Source: Octopus vulgaris (lineage: Eukaryota). Taken from it: a stretch of 64,000 bases of DNA. The notes under the pieces are model-generated. The model had not been told where the DNA came from and made no database searches. It worked only from the letters and a program-made list of their open reading frames with translations. The DNA is taken from positions 66,402,001 through 66,466,000 of the forward strand of contig OX597820.1 of the NCBI GenBank assembly GCA_951406725.2, in the 5' to 3' direction. This document shows positions 12,183 through 25,382 of this stretch, piece by piece (the stretch's first letter is position 1; every line of letters begins with the position of its first letter). The position numbers were made by a program, and so were the translations under genes.

Positions 12183-12764
12183 TTTTGAAGCGAGAGTGAC
12201 AGGAGTTATCTCCCCCCTGTAATAACTATCGGATGCGTACTGGATAAATCAGCTGTAGAGGTCTTCTCGGGGCTAAATTGAAAATATCGTCATCTCTTAG
12301 AGGACAGTCACAATAAAGTGACCATAAGCAATACCCTTAAAATAAGAACAGTACTTTTATTTAATGTCCTTGTTTTTCAGTAGGGTGACTTACTTAGCTG
12401 CTACTTCTAACAGGCAGAGCAACCTCATAGAACTCCTTTATTAGCTCATTTGACTTACGGACTTTTTTGTTGTTGCGTCCACTTTTGGAGTTTCTTACTA
12501 AAATTTAAATTGTAGACGTGTTCTACTTTGATAAGACAACCCAGGAATTGTAGGAAAGCGGTAATGGACATTCTGTAACTGTTTAAACTACGATGGATTG
12601 GCGTTCTCTCCTGAATTTCTCTATCTCTCATTTCTTCACCGTTCACAAGGACTTACGCTGAATATCTCGATAGCACCATAAGAGATGCTGTCATTATCTA
12701 TCTCGTTTCATAAGTCACCTGTGTGTGTTTGTGCGTATAAATATGAATATGTATGTTTGTGTGT

Positions 12765-12773
12765 GGATGGATG

Positions 12774-12812
<39 letters not shown>

Positions 12813-12819
12813 CGGGAGG

Positions 12820-12898
<79 letters not shown>

Positions 12899-12915
12899 GT
12901 GTGTGTGTGTGTGTG
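12765..12915. repeat. (GATA)n tetranucleotide array
   Basis: Direct reading. Similar (TATC)n arrays at 34940-35270 and 57600-57705. Confidence 0.95.
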
Positions 12916-13142
12916 TCTCTATATTTCTGATCTCAGAAATGTATAGTAGTAAAAAGAAAGATAACTGCCATGTATCATTAATGACAAGAACACTAAAATA
13001 TATTTAATTAGTGAGAGAATGAGAGATTTCGAGGTTTTAAAACTGAAAGATTGTGTCTCTTTCTATATGCTTTAGAGCAACTGGTGTGTGTTCGTGCGCG
13101 CACCAGCGTACGAGAGAGAGAGAGTGAAGGGGGACGAAAGGC

Positions 13143-13177
<35 letters not shown>

Positions 13178-13404
13178 AGAGGGGCTGAAAAGAGTGGGAG
13201 AGAAAGAGTGAAAGAATGGGAGAGAGGTATGGAAAGGAGAGAGAGAGAGAGAGAGAGAGTGTGTGTAAAGGAGCAAGAGGGAGATTATCATATTGACATA
13301 GTATGTGACGTAAAGGACTATATTTGCAGTTAGGTTTGATGTAAGATGGGCTGTATGTGTGTGTGTATACATACATGTGTGTGCGTATATGTGTGTATCA
13401 TTAT

Positions 13405-13441
<37 letters not shown>

Positions 13442-13600
13442 CACGCACATATACACATTTCTTGTATGATGATTGCTGTTGTGCAGAAAAGAATAGAAAG
13501 TGATGTGTGTATGTATATTTGCAACATATATGCATGTATATGTGTGTGTGTGTGTATATATTTACATGTGTATGTATATATATATATTTCCAAATATATA

Positions 13601-13635
<35 letters not shown>

Positions 13636-14162
13636 GTGTATGTGCGTGTGTGTTTGCATATATATAAATATATGGGTATGTGTTTACATGTGTGTATACT
13701 TACACACACACTGCCATGTGTGTATTCTTACACACACACACTTACACACGTACGCCTAGTTTATGTTGCAGCTATAACTGTTGTCGTTATTGTTGCTTCA
13801 GTTATTGTTGTAGTAATTGTCGACATTGTTATGGCTGTAACTATTATCGTTCTTATTATTATTATCATCATCATTATTATTATTATCATCATCATTATTA
13901 TTATTATTATTATTATTATTGCTGTCACTGTTGCTATTGTTGCAGTTGTTGTTGTTGTTGTTGTTCTAAGATTCGTTGCCACACTAAAGTTCTTGTTGGT
14001 ATTGTTTAATTTAACGACTTGAATTGTAGATTTGAGATAATTGAAACTGCTTTAGGTACTTCCTTTTAATGTTTGAGACGTTATTAACTGGAATAATTGT
14101 ATGAGACACTCTATGGTAATGCGAGTGTACTTGCATTGTGTGCATGTGTGTGTGTGTGTGTG

Positions 14163-14227
<65 letters not shown>

Positions 14228-14357
14228 ATTATATTACAAACGCGCGCACAGATTTGATGTACGTACGCGCACATGACATGAATTTTGTGTGTACGTATGT
14301 TTCGTGTGTGTACGTACGAACTTCTGCATTTTAGTTGCGTAATCATTGTATGTGCGT

Positions 14358-14412
<55 letters not shown>

Positions 14413-14711
14413 CATACATATACACACACATATATATATATACATATACACACACACATATATACATATAGACACACATATATACATATACACACACACA
14501 TATACATATACACACACATATATATATACATATACACACGCACACATATATATATATACACACACACACACATATATATGTGCGTGCTTATATTGTGTGC
14601 GTATATGTGTGTGCGTATATATGGGTATAGATATATTTGTATATGTGTATATATATTAGTATATGTATGTGTATATATGTGTGTATTTGTGTATGTGTAT
14701 ATATATGTGTA

Positions 14712-14761
<50 letters not shown>

Positions 14762-14992
14762 CATACATACAAACACAAACATATATGTCTATACGCACAC
14801 ACACACATTTATGTATGTATATGTGTATATGTGTTTATACGTTATGTGTGAGTGGCACATCACATATATTTCTGTATACATACGATGGGTTCGTGTATTA
14901 TTTGTTCACGAGTACACACGAACAATATATACCCGCATGTAATTACATCATACATACATACATACATACATACATACATACATACATACACG

Positions 14993-15025
<33 letters not shown>

Positions 15026-17273
15026 TAGTGGAGAGACGCGTGCATGTTTATGTATACATACACATATATATATATGTGTGTATGTATGTATATAACTTTG
15101 TTTTCTCTTATAATCAAATCTTTTAATTGTAGTTTTTTACCTTTTTATTTTCAAAAAGAAAAAAAAAAAGACCGAAAGAAAGAATCAATTTGTTGTTGAA
15201 TTAAGTAGATCGAACAACTACAACCACATTTTCCTTTCACCAGCAACAACAACAACAACAACAGTGATAATAATAATGATAATAATAAATCAAAAAGAGA
15301 AAAAAAAATTTACGTTGGAGTAAAATTAAAATTCTGTGTGACGGTTTTTTTTTGTTTTAGAGAATAACTAATTGTATCTGAAGTGATCTTTTTGTATAGT
15401 TAATATAACTTTGTTGATGTTGTTTTGCTTGGTTATGTTATCGTTAAAAATAATTGTTGTTATTATTTAGCAGAATCGTTAGTGTTAAGATTAAAATGCC
15501 CTGCGGTGTTTTGTTTGTAGCTCTTTACGTTCTGCGTTCAGATCCTGCCAAAGTCAGTTTTGATGACGACGACGACGACGGCAATGATGATGATGATGAC
15601 GACGACGATGACGATGATGATGATGATGATGATGATGACGATGACAATGATGACGATGATGACGACGATGACGATGATGACGATGATGATGACGATGAGG
15701 AGGAGGAGGAGGAGGAGGACCATTATTTTGACATTTGAGCTCGATATAAATCATCAAAACTTTTAAAGAAAATCGTTGTTAGAGAGCGTCGGATGAAAAA
15801 GACTTTGCAGTGGTGTGCGAAGAAGGCGCGTAAATCTTGTGGTTGTTAAGATGTTGCTCTCCCGATCGCAAGGGCGTGGTTTCGATTCCCAGACCTAAGA
15901 GTGGTGCTTAAGTTTTCTTGAGCAAAAACACTTAAATTTCATTTTACATTCTTTCAGTCCCACTCAACTGTAAATGAGTTAACCCTGCGAGGGACTGGCG
16001 TCCCGTTCAAGGGGAGTGTTGTGATCTTGGTCACTTCTGCATTATGTAAGCTGTGTAACCGACCCAATGAGTTCCTAGGACCTGGAACAGTAATGTCCAA
16101 GAGTTGATGATGATGATGATGTATTTGTTGTGGCTCTTTACATTTGAAGTCCTAATCCCACCAAGGTCAGTGTTTAGGAGGACGATGAGAAGAACATTCC
16201 TTTGTATTGACCATTGGGCTTGATAAAACTAAGTTCCCATCTTGGAGTTATTTGGTTCACAGCTCATTGCATTTTGCCTTTCATTCCTCTGGGGGGCCAT
16301 AGAAAATAAAAGTATCCAGCACCCATGCCAGTGGAGCATTAAAAGCACCACTCTTGGAGTGGTTGGCATTAGGAAGAGCATCAGCCGTAGAAACCAAGCC
16401 AAAATTAGATGGGAGCCTGGTGCAGCTCTCTGGCTTACCAGTTTCTGTCAAACCATCTGACCACTTCCTCCGCTTCCTTCCTTAGAGTTATTCAGTTTCA
16501 GCCCTTTGTATTCTGTCTTTCAATCTTCTAGGGGCCCCTAAAAGAAATTCTTTGTCAAGTACTAGCTAAGGTTGATAAAATCTACTACTTCACTATTTTA
16601 AAAGTATGCTGACCTTATGTCCATAATCAGAAATGGTCTCTAAATTTTTGTTCAACAGAATCGTTAGAGAGATGCAGAAAATGCCTTCTGGTATCAGTGC
16701 ATGTGTGGCTGTGTGGTAAGAAATTTGCTTACCAACCACATGGTTCTGAGTTCAGTCCCACTGCGAGGCACCTTGGGCAAATGTCTTCTACTATAGCCTT
16801 GGGCCGACCAAAGTCTTGTGAGTGGATAGAGGAGACAGAAATTAGAAGAAGCCCATCGCACACACACGCATGTGTGTATACATACATGCGAACATAAAAC
16901 TAGATAACAGCTATATTATCACAATTACTATTTTTATACTATAAATATAAACATATATTTAAATCTATGAATTCATAAACACATTTCTTGCTAACTGCAC
17001 AGAAAAAGTCAAAATAAAACTTTTGAAACGTGAAGAAAAGTCTTATAAAGGATTTTTTTTCTTTTCACCCTATTATAATTTTTTTTTTTTTTAGTTTAAG
17101 ATTTCTTCTATGTCAGAATGTTTCAGCAGTTCCTTGTTTTTGAATCTGTTGAAAGGAACTATTTTTGGTTCTTTAGTAACCAAATTCTTTTCTGCAATTA
17201 ATATAAACATATATATATATATATATATATATATGTCTTTCTGTGTGTATATGTGTATATGTGTGTGTATCTA

Positions 17274-17310
<37 letters not shown>

Positions 17311-18557
17311 CTTTGTGTATGTGTGTGCATGCATATTTATATATATTTGAGTATGTGCGTGTATGTATGTGTTTAAGTGTTATCTGTATGTGTATGCATA
17401 TATCTGGCTATATACATATGCGTGTATGTATATGTTTGTGGATATATGTATGTGTGTATGTGTGTGGATATATGTATGTGTGTATGTGTGTGAATATGTA
17501 TGTGTGTGTGTGTATATCCTTGTGTGTGTACATGCATAGTGTATATCTGTATATACGTGTGTATGCTTTGTATATATATATATCATCTACATGTGTCTTT
17601 GTATATATGTGTGTGTATAAATTGTATATGTATTTTTAAGTGTTAGTATAATGTGTTTATATATACATATGTATGTATGTGCATATGCATGTATATGATT
17701 CCACCCCCACCCCACCCCACTAAATACATTTCAATGATGATGTAAACAGTATTAGCAAGAACAGCAGCAAAATGCAGTGAAATGCATTTGCTTAGATGTC
17801 AGTGCAGATTAAAATGTATTTTAGCGTTTTTCCAACATCATTTAATATCCAGTGTGTTAAACAACAATTTAGAAATGATGGGAGATGTTGGTACAATGAC
17901 ATGATAGACTGATGGTGTGTGATGGTGGTGGTGGTGGTGGTGGTGGTGGTGGTAGTGGTGTGGATGCTGTGTGTTATGTTGTGTGCGATGTGGCGGTGTT
18001 ATGCCGGAGAGATAGGGTTGTTGTTACGGTGAGGTGTGAGGGGGGGGATAATGTTGATTGGGTTGGGTGCTGCAGGCGAGCTCTAGTTGGACAGAACAAA
18101 GAGCAAGTGTTCAAATTATAAACAACACATGTGCCTACATACATACATAGACAAACAAATGTGTGTGTGTGTGTGTAGATATACCTACATAAATACAAAT
18201 ATATATATATATACACACACAAAGAGAGAGAGAGAGTGAGAGAGTACAGATAGAATTATGTCTAATGATGTAATGTAAATAGGTATATACAACTGGTGTA
18301 AGTGTGTATGTGTGTATTGCAAGTATGTACATATCAACACTTAGACATACACACATGTGTGTGTGTGTGTTTAGACTCTTGTATAATATTCTCCTTTTTA
18401 TATACTCATGCTTGAAATTGAATATTTATGCTTTAAACATGTGTGTGTGTGTGGAGAGAGAGAGAGAGATTAAAGCAAACTGGTGTAGTAAGTATATACA
18501 TGTACTTGTGTGTGTCATCGTCATTACACATATATATATATATACACACATACACAC

Positions 18558-18603
<46 letters not shown>

Positions 18604-18630
18604 TTATCCCTATGCATAAGTATGTATGTA

Positions 18631-18682
<52 letters not shown>

Positions 18683-19550
18683 TATATATATAGGTATGTG
18701 TGTTTATTCTTTCTGCATTGTTTTCAGGTTCATTCTTTCTCACACATTTGAGAAAGTGGTGGTGTTATATTTCTTTCTTGAAATATTTTTCTCTGCATGT
18801 ATGTATATTCATGTGTGTATGTGAATATGTGTAAATATTTGCAGTTTAGTTTTACACTCATTGAAGAAACTCATACACAGGGAGGGAACCAAATACTCCC
18901 TCTTGCACATACACACACACATATATGTATGTATGTATGTTTGTTTGTTTGTTTGTTTGTATGTATGTATGTGTGTGTGTGTATAATGGTATGTATGTAT
19001 GTATAATAATCACTCACATATACACACAAATATACAGAAATGATCTTTTTATGTGTATATAATTTCTCATCTGCACATGTGAATATTTTCGCTCACATTT
19101 ATATTATATATACTCACACCCATGTGAACCCTCATCTATTTATATAACTTAAGAAATGATTGCATTATGTATCTGTGTGTCACAAACTATATATATTTAT
19201 TCAAAAATTATTATGCTTTTTTCCAAAAATTGTATTTGTATCTTTTTTGTATGTCTTTTTGGTTCTACTTTTTTTTCATTTCTTAAAAATTTCTTAAACA
19301 TTTTGTGAATGGTAATGCTGCTAACAACACACATCATTCATTCTCTGTGAAGCTTCTCTAGCAGAAAATTTCTGCATTACTTAACTGCTTCTCAAACGTA
19401 AGTAGCATTGAAATGGGAACCAGTTAAATGTCTTGATTTAGCAAGTAAAAATGAAAATAAAACAAACCAAAAAAAAAAAAAAAAACCAAAAAAATTAATG
19501 TCATTGCAACTCTTAACTGTTATAGGAATCTTAAAAGTTTTCCATCGAAT

Positions 19551-19940
19551 AGGCGCAGGAGCGGCTGTGTGGTAAGTAGCTTGTTTACCAACCACATGGT
19601 TCCGGGTTCACTCCCACTGCATGGCACCTTGGGCGAGTGTCTTCTACTATATAGCCTCAAGCCAACCAAAGCCTTGTGAGTGGATTTGGTAGATGGAAAC
19701 TGAAAGAAGCCCGTCGTATATATGTATATATATGTATATGTGTGTGTGTGTGTGTGTGTATGTTTGTGTTTGTCCCCCTAGCATTGCTTGACAACCAATT
19801 CTGGTGTGTTTACGTCCCCGTCACTTAGCGGTTCGGCAAAAGAGACCGATAGAATAAGTCCCGGGGTCGAGTTGCTTGATTAAAGGCGGTGCTCCAACAT
19901 GGCCACAGTCAAATGACTGAAACAAATAAAAGAATAAAAT
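19551..19940 (+). mobile_element. Near full-length tRNA-derived SINE (family A) with internal TA/TG microsatellite
   Basis: ggcgcaggagcggctgtgtggtaag...gggttca...ccttgggc-agtgtcttctactatagcc...ggcggtgctcca-catggccacagtcaaatgactgaaacaa. Other copies at ~1735-1848 (-), 16697-16860, 28100-28256 (-), 28757-29070, 35820-36382 (-), 40125-40560, 48390-48860, 52615-53038 (-), 55305-55690 and 60610-60860 (-). Confidence 0.88.
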
Positions 19941-20098
19941 ATGGTGAATGCTGCAATGGTTCGCAGTCTCTCCATGGGAAAATATTACCTTGCTTGAAAA
20001 CAGGCAAAGGTTTATGACAGGAAGTGTATCAGCCCTATGGCCGAGGCAAAAAGGCATCAGCCCATCTGTCCCATCCATGCAACTTCAAAATGTGGACA

Positions 20099-20300
20099 TT
20101 GACCCTTTAGTAATCCGATTACTTTATCAAATATCCTGTATGATCACATAACTTCGAGATTTCAATGACTTGGTAATATATTTTAGAAATGACATTGTAG
20201 GGTAGGTGTGAGAGGCCAGTTCAAGCCGATTTGAACATGAAACATAAAACAGATAGAATATTTGGGCCGGATATGGCTTGTTTAAACTGTAAAGGGTTGA
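20099..20300. mobile_element. TTAA-CCCTTT-terminated MITE (piggyBac-like)
   Basis: ttgaccctttag...taaagggttga termini. Homologous copies at 42157-42366 and 54582-54886 (reverse); a related element at 49044-49274. Confidence 0.6.
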
Positions 20301-20605
20301 TGATGATGATGATGATGATGACGCCGCTGACGACACTGACGCTAATGCCGATATATCCATAAAATAAAATGTGGGAATGGTCAAGCCTGGAATAATAACT
20401 TTGAATACAAGTCTGCTATATCAGGGCTAATTCATGGTTAAGGAACCAAAAAAATATATATTTATAAATAGATAAATAAAAACCAAAAAAAAAACTCCAC
20501 CACTTACAAACCCAGAAGAGTGGGGTTTTTTTAGATGGCTTTTTCTTTGTTTTTTGTTTTTTTTGTCTTGAAAAAAAAAAAAAAAATCATTGAAATTTCT
20601 TCCAG

Positions 20606-20787
20606 ACAGTCAGCAGTGGTCATGGTTGAAAGATGAGTCTTTTATAGATCTCCAGTCATGGTTGAATCACCAGAGCTTTATCGATCAGTATGGACCTGGT
20701 GGTGCTCAACAACTACAACAACAACAACAACAACCAGATGCATTGGTTGAGCAAACTGTTAAACAAGAGATGGACATACTAGGTTGT
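20606..20787 (+). other. Candidate upstream exon (5' leader / uORF-coding) of the ds locus
   Basis: TTTCTTCCAG acceptor ending 20605 and GTAAGT donor at 20788. Open frame DSQQWSWLKDESFIDLQSWLNHQSFIDQYGPGGAQQLQQQQQQPDALVEQTVKQEMDILGC. Confidence 0.4.
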
Positions 20788-21475
20788 GTAAGTGTTAATG
20801 GGAATCTGGTAGAACAATAGAAATTAGAACTGTAAATGGGGGGGGGATATGCTGGTTGGTTTCCATGGAGACAGTTGAGAAAGAAAGAAGCTGATGTGAT
20901 AGAGATGATAAGACAAAGAAATCAAAGTTTGTTGTTGTTGTTGTTGTTGTTGTTGTTGAGATACTGCTTTCCAAACTGACTAGTAAAGGACATAGCTTTA
21001 TCTTCTGTCGTCTTTTGAATCTACTTCGCCTACTCCTCTTCCTCCACCTCCTGCTTTCTCCACCCGTCAACACCACCAGTTATCTACAAAATAACTGTTG
21101 ACTTATTATAGCTGCTGTTGCTTTCATTGCTGCTGCTGCTGATGATGATGATGTTGATGCTGCTTATAATATTGTCGATGATGTGGATGCTGCTTATGAT
21201 GCTGATGGTGATGCTGTTGTGGCAGCAGGAGTAGCTAAGAGTTATTACAATGAATTTTGCTGACGAATTTGTCATTTCTTATTATCGCTTTAATGATATT
21301 GTTTTGATGTAATCAATTTAATATATTTATGTATTTTTTTCCTTTTTTTTTAATTTTTATTTTATTTTTTAACCATATATCTTATATAAGTTTTTCTTTT
21401 ATCATTCACTCTCATTTTTTTTTTTGTCTTTTTCTTTTGTTCTTGCAGGCAGATAGTCTTGGTTAAAACACTGTG

Positions 21476-23206
21476 ATGGAGAAAGCGTTGTTTGCCAAGT
21501 TGGCATTTCCTGTCTTTCTGCTGTTTTGCCTTATCTCGGCCGTTTTTGCAAATACCAATTCACAGACATTTAGAATTGAAGAGAATCTGCCTCCGAACAG
21601 TTTGGTTGGGAACTTCCCAACACAACCCCACCAGACAATCTGGTACGCTAACAACAAGCCTCTTATTCTGAGCAAATTCATTATTAATGTCACATTAGGT
21701 ACAGTTAAGACTAAAGTTGAGCTTGATCGTGAGGAGCACAGCAGTTACGAATTAACTGTCCTCTATAAAACTACCCCCATCACGATAACCATCGAGATTA
21801 TCGACGTGAATGACAATGACCCCATATTTTTCCCCAACCTACTCTCCAGTCCTCTCTCGGAGACGACTTCCAACATGAAGATTCCTCTAGGGAGTGTGTC
21901 TGACAAGGATGTTGGTGAGAACACGATCAAGGGCTGCGAAATAGTCTCCGGTAACACGGATAACATCTTCCGGCTCATTACCAAGATGACAAACCAACGG
22001 TTAATCTTGGATTTAGCTGTTAATAGGAAGCTTGATTATGAAGTAACTCCTTTTTATAGTTTGAAGCTGAGGGCTTTTGACGGTGGCAAGAAACCGCGAT
22101 CGTCATACCAGTTGTTCAACATTAGCGTCTTGGACAGTAATGACAACCACCCGGTATTTCCGATGAGTTTGTATAATGCCACAGTAATGGAAAACATTAC
22201 CGTCGGTACAAGTATTCTGAGGGTTACTGCTACAGACTTGGATTCTGGGGAGAATGGAAAAATCCGTTTCTCTTTAAACCCGAAACCAGACCTTGAAGAA
22301 CATTTTGTGATTAATCCGGTCACTGGTGTTATCAGCGTAAACAAACCCGTAGACTTTGAGAAACGTCGTGTCTATAATTTAATTGTCATCGCAACAGACA
22401 ATGGCTCGGAACCGCTTACTACTCAAGCAGCTGTCTCGATAACCATTCTGAATGTGAATGAACACCCACCTGATATTTATTTGACGTTTCTCACTGGAAA
22501 TGAGACCGTCGGAAGGATATCTGAAGGGGCCAAGCCCGGCGAATATGTAGCTCGCATTTCTGTTAGTGACCCTGATGCAGTTCGGAACACGGGTGACGAA
22601 ACGAACATTCACATAACGCTGCTGGGTGGAGAAGGTCGGTTTAATTTGACCACGAGGGATAACATAGTTTACTTGGTTCTTGTTCAAATGCCATTGGATC
22701 GGGAGCTGAAACCATTCTACAACCTGACCGTTATCGCTAAAGATAGTGGTTCGCCACCACTGGAAAGCAGAGTCTCATTTATACTTCGTGTCGATGATAT
22801 TAATGATAATAAACCCAATTTCACGGAGGCAATCTATTATGCTGAAGTGCAGGAGTCGGTACCAAAGGGCAGCCCTGTCATCAAAGTACATGCAGATGAC
22901 AAAGACGAAGGGAACAATTCCACAATAACCTACTCCATACTTCATACGCCCGAAACTAGTTCCAACTGGTTTCAAATTAACAGCCACAATGGTCTCATCA
23001 CAACCAACGCCAAAGTGGACTGCGAAACTAACTCTCAACCCAGGATTACCGTGCAAGCTATTGACGGGGGCATACCCCCTATGTCTTCGACAGCATTGGT
23101 GATAGTTACCATTCGTGACGTCAACGACAACCAACCCAGCTTCACTCATAGCTACTATAATGTCTCTATTCCTGAAAATACAACATTGGATACCTGCATT
23201 CTTACG
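21476..23206 (+). CDS. ds: Dachsous atypical cadherin, first coding exon (577 aa: signal peptide, EC1-EC5, start of EC6); gene continues beyond the window
   Basis: Polypyrimidine tract + TTGCAG acceptor ending 21448. In-frame TAA at 21464-66, then ATG at 21476. Hydrophobic signal peptide (MEKALFAKLAFPVFLLFCLISAVFA). Cadherin motifs LDRE, LDYE, VDFE and DxNDNxPxF. Ds-diagnostic stretches VARISVSDPD, GGEGRFNLTTRDNIVYLV, TPETSSNWFQI, VDCET and YNVSIPEN...CILT closely resemble Drosophila Ds as recalled. Phase-0 donor ACG|GTAAGT at 23206/23207. Confidence 0.93.
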
Positions 23207-23380
23207 GTAAGTGGATTTCCTTAATCTTCTCTCAGTGTGACAGTGAAACTGATAAAAAAGAGAGATGAGTAAAGATGTGATTCATGTAACAGAAGCAGCA
23301 AATGTTTGCTAATTATAAAGGTGATTATTACTTTGGTAATTTGGGCAGGAAGATAGTGAGCTGGCAGAATCATTAGCATT

Positions 23381-23876
23381 ATATATTAGCAACAGAAGCC
23401 ATATTGATACCGAGAGCTAATATTTATTTCCACTTAAACATGGGTGTTCTGTTAGAACAAACTATACTGTGAGAGAAAGTCTCATATTGGTTTTTGGTGC
23501 AAAATGCTCTTTTTTATATCACTAGCGAGGATATAAATCCCTGCCACTTCTAGCGCCGAGACCACCAGATTGTTGGATCTCACCCTTTTTGGGTCTAGTT
23601 AATGATAGCTATTCAACCACTAGAGATAGCAGTGATACATAGAATAACAGTATCAGAAAAGGCACTGGTGTTGTGATTAGTCAGTGAACTTGTTAAAAAA
23701 TATATATTGGCAACAGAGGCAGTATTAGTACCAAAAGGTAATCATTATATCCAACTTAATATGGATGTCTTGTTAAAGCAAACAATACTGCTGTAGATGC
23801 CATGAGAGAAACTCTCGTATTGGCTATTGGTGCAAAATGCCCGCTTGTTTATATTGCGAGCAGGGAGATAATTCCG
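23381..23876. repeat. Diverged direct duplication of ~160-175 bp
   Basis: 23381-23540 and 23702-23876 share atatatt-gcaacaga-gc, tgtta-a-caaac, tgagagaaa-tctc-tattgg and ttggtgcaaaatgc. Confidence 0.8.
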
Positions 23877-24349
23877 ATCAGAATTCATCCCAAAACAAAC
23901 AGATACTTTTTTGGGTTGCTAAGAACTATTGTTTTTGTTTTGTTTTATTTTTTGATATCAAATGGATTTCTTTTTGATTATTTTCAACCTCAACTTCGCA
24001 AAGGTTACACCCTAAAATGTTGCTTTTCTCTTGAAACCCAGAATATAATTCAGTTTACATTGATTACCTAACTTTCATTTACAGGGATTAAGTGAGACTA
24101 ACAAACAAATATTGCTCCTGTATCCGAGATGGTAACTGTTACTAACACACATACATTCAACACCACATTCACAAAACAAATAAGTAAAAGAAACAAACTC
24201 AACTGGTTGGCATACAGTTGCTTGCCAATACACAGTCCGACCCCTGACTCATAGGTGTACTGTGTCCACTCTCTATCTTTCACACCACAACTACAGTAGC
24301 TTCTGCTCTTTATTACTTGGCTAATCACATGCAGTCTTCACTGAAACTT

Positions 24350-24560
24350 CCTTTGATGACTGTTTCTCCCTCTTCTCAACTATGGCCCATCTTTTATGCC
24401 TATCTCTAGTTGGATCCCTGCTTTTTCATCTCTACCTCAGTGTCCTACCTCCAGCCCATTTGAGGGCACCCTTTCTCCTGTTTTCCTTATGGGTTAATTT
24501 CGGTTTTTCTCCTGACAGTCAAATGGGGGATCAACATTGCAGCTTTCTTTTGGGTTTTGT
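24350..24560 (-). mobile_element. Highly decayed RTE-clade LINE C-terminal fragment
   Basis: Minus frame NP*GKQEKGCPQMGWR*DTEVEMKKQG resembles the RTE WNPQGKRKRGRP..TWRR..E.EM motif. Confidence 0.45.
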
Positions 24561-25154
24561 TCCACCATATTGTATTTCCCTGAAGAACGGCCTTCATCTC
24601 TTGGATCATGTTGGTTTTCAATTGTCTTCACTGCTTGTGTAAGTAACTTGAATATCTTTCAAGTGAGTTGTTGTCCCTGTACAAACCGGCTTTTGCATCT
24701 TAGAAGAGGTGGTCCTTTGGTTTGTTTATATTCCTGTCACTTAGCAGTTCAGCAAAAGAGAATGATAGAATAAGTACCACATTTAAAAAGTACAGGAATC
24801 AATATGTCCAAGAAAGCCCTCCAAGGTAGTTCATGGCACCATTGCATGGCTGCAGTCCAATGATTGAAACCAGTAAAAAATGAATAATATAAGACTTGTC
24901 AGAGAACTGAACTCATGAACTAGCTGCTCGTAGTCCAGTACCTTACTCAATCAACCATTTCATCCTTTTCACATTTTCCAAAATAACACCAATACTATGA
25001 TATTCTGCAGACGGATGGAAGTTGGTATGGTGGTGAGGATGAGAAATCCACAGATCTCAGAGGATTTCTCTTAATTGGAAAACAGTGTAATAGATTCTTT
25101 CGTTTCTTACCAACAAACCCAACCCACTCAACCCTATCACGTCCTCACCAGTGG

Positions 25155-25185
<31 letters not shown>

Positions 25186-25336
25186 TCCTCTCTCTCCCCG
25201 TTTTCTCCCCCGCCCAATCACTGTTTATAATTATTTCTTTTATTTATAAGTGTTCAGGTATAGAAGTTTCTTGATGGAAATTTGAAAATTAGCTGCTTTC
25301 TCTGTGTGTGTGTGGAGGGGAGGGCAGGGTTGCGTC

Positions 25337-25382
<46 letters not shown>

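Noticed and set aside
15454-15738. Acidic poly-D/E ORF
   Set aside because: A (GAT/GAC/GAG)n microsatellite next to a SINE-B fragment.
21463-23149. Minus-strand and alternate-frame ORFs overlapping the cadherin exon
   Set aside because: Shadow ORFs of the real coding frame, with no recognisable motifs.
21473-23224. Complete 583-aa single-exon gene, or a cephalopod clustered protocadherin
   Set aside because: The GTG start and VSGFP* tail are ORF-caller artefacts. A strong donor interrupts EC6, no transmembrane segment is present and the motifs are dachsous-specific.
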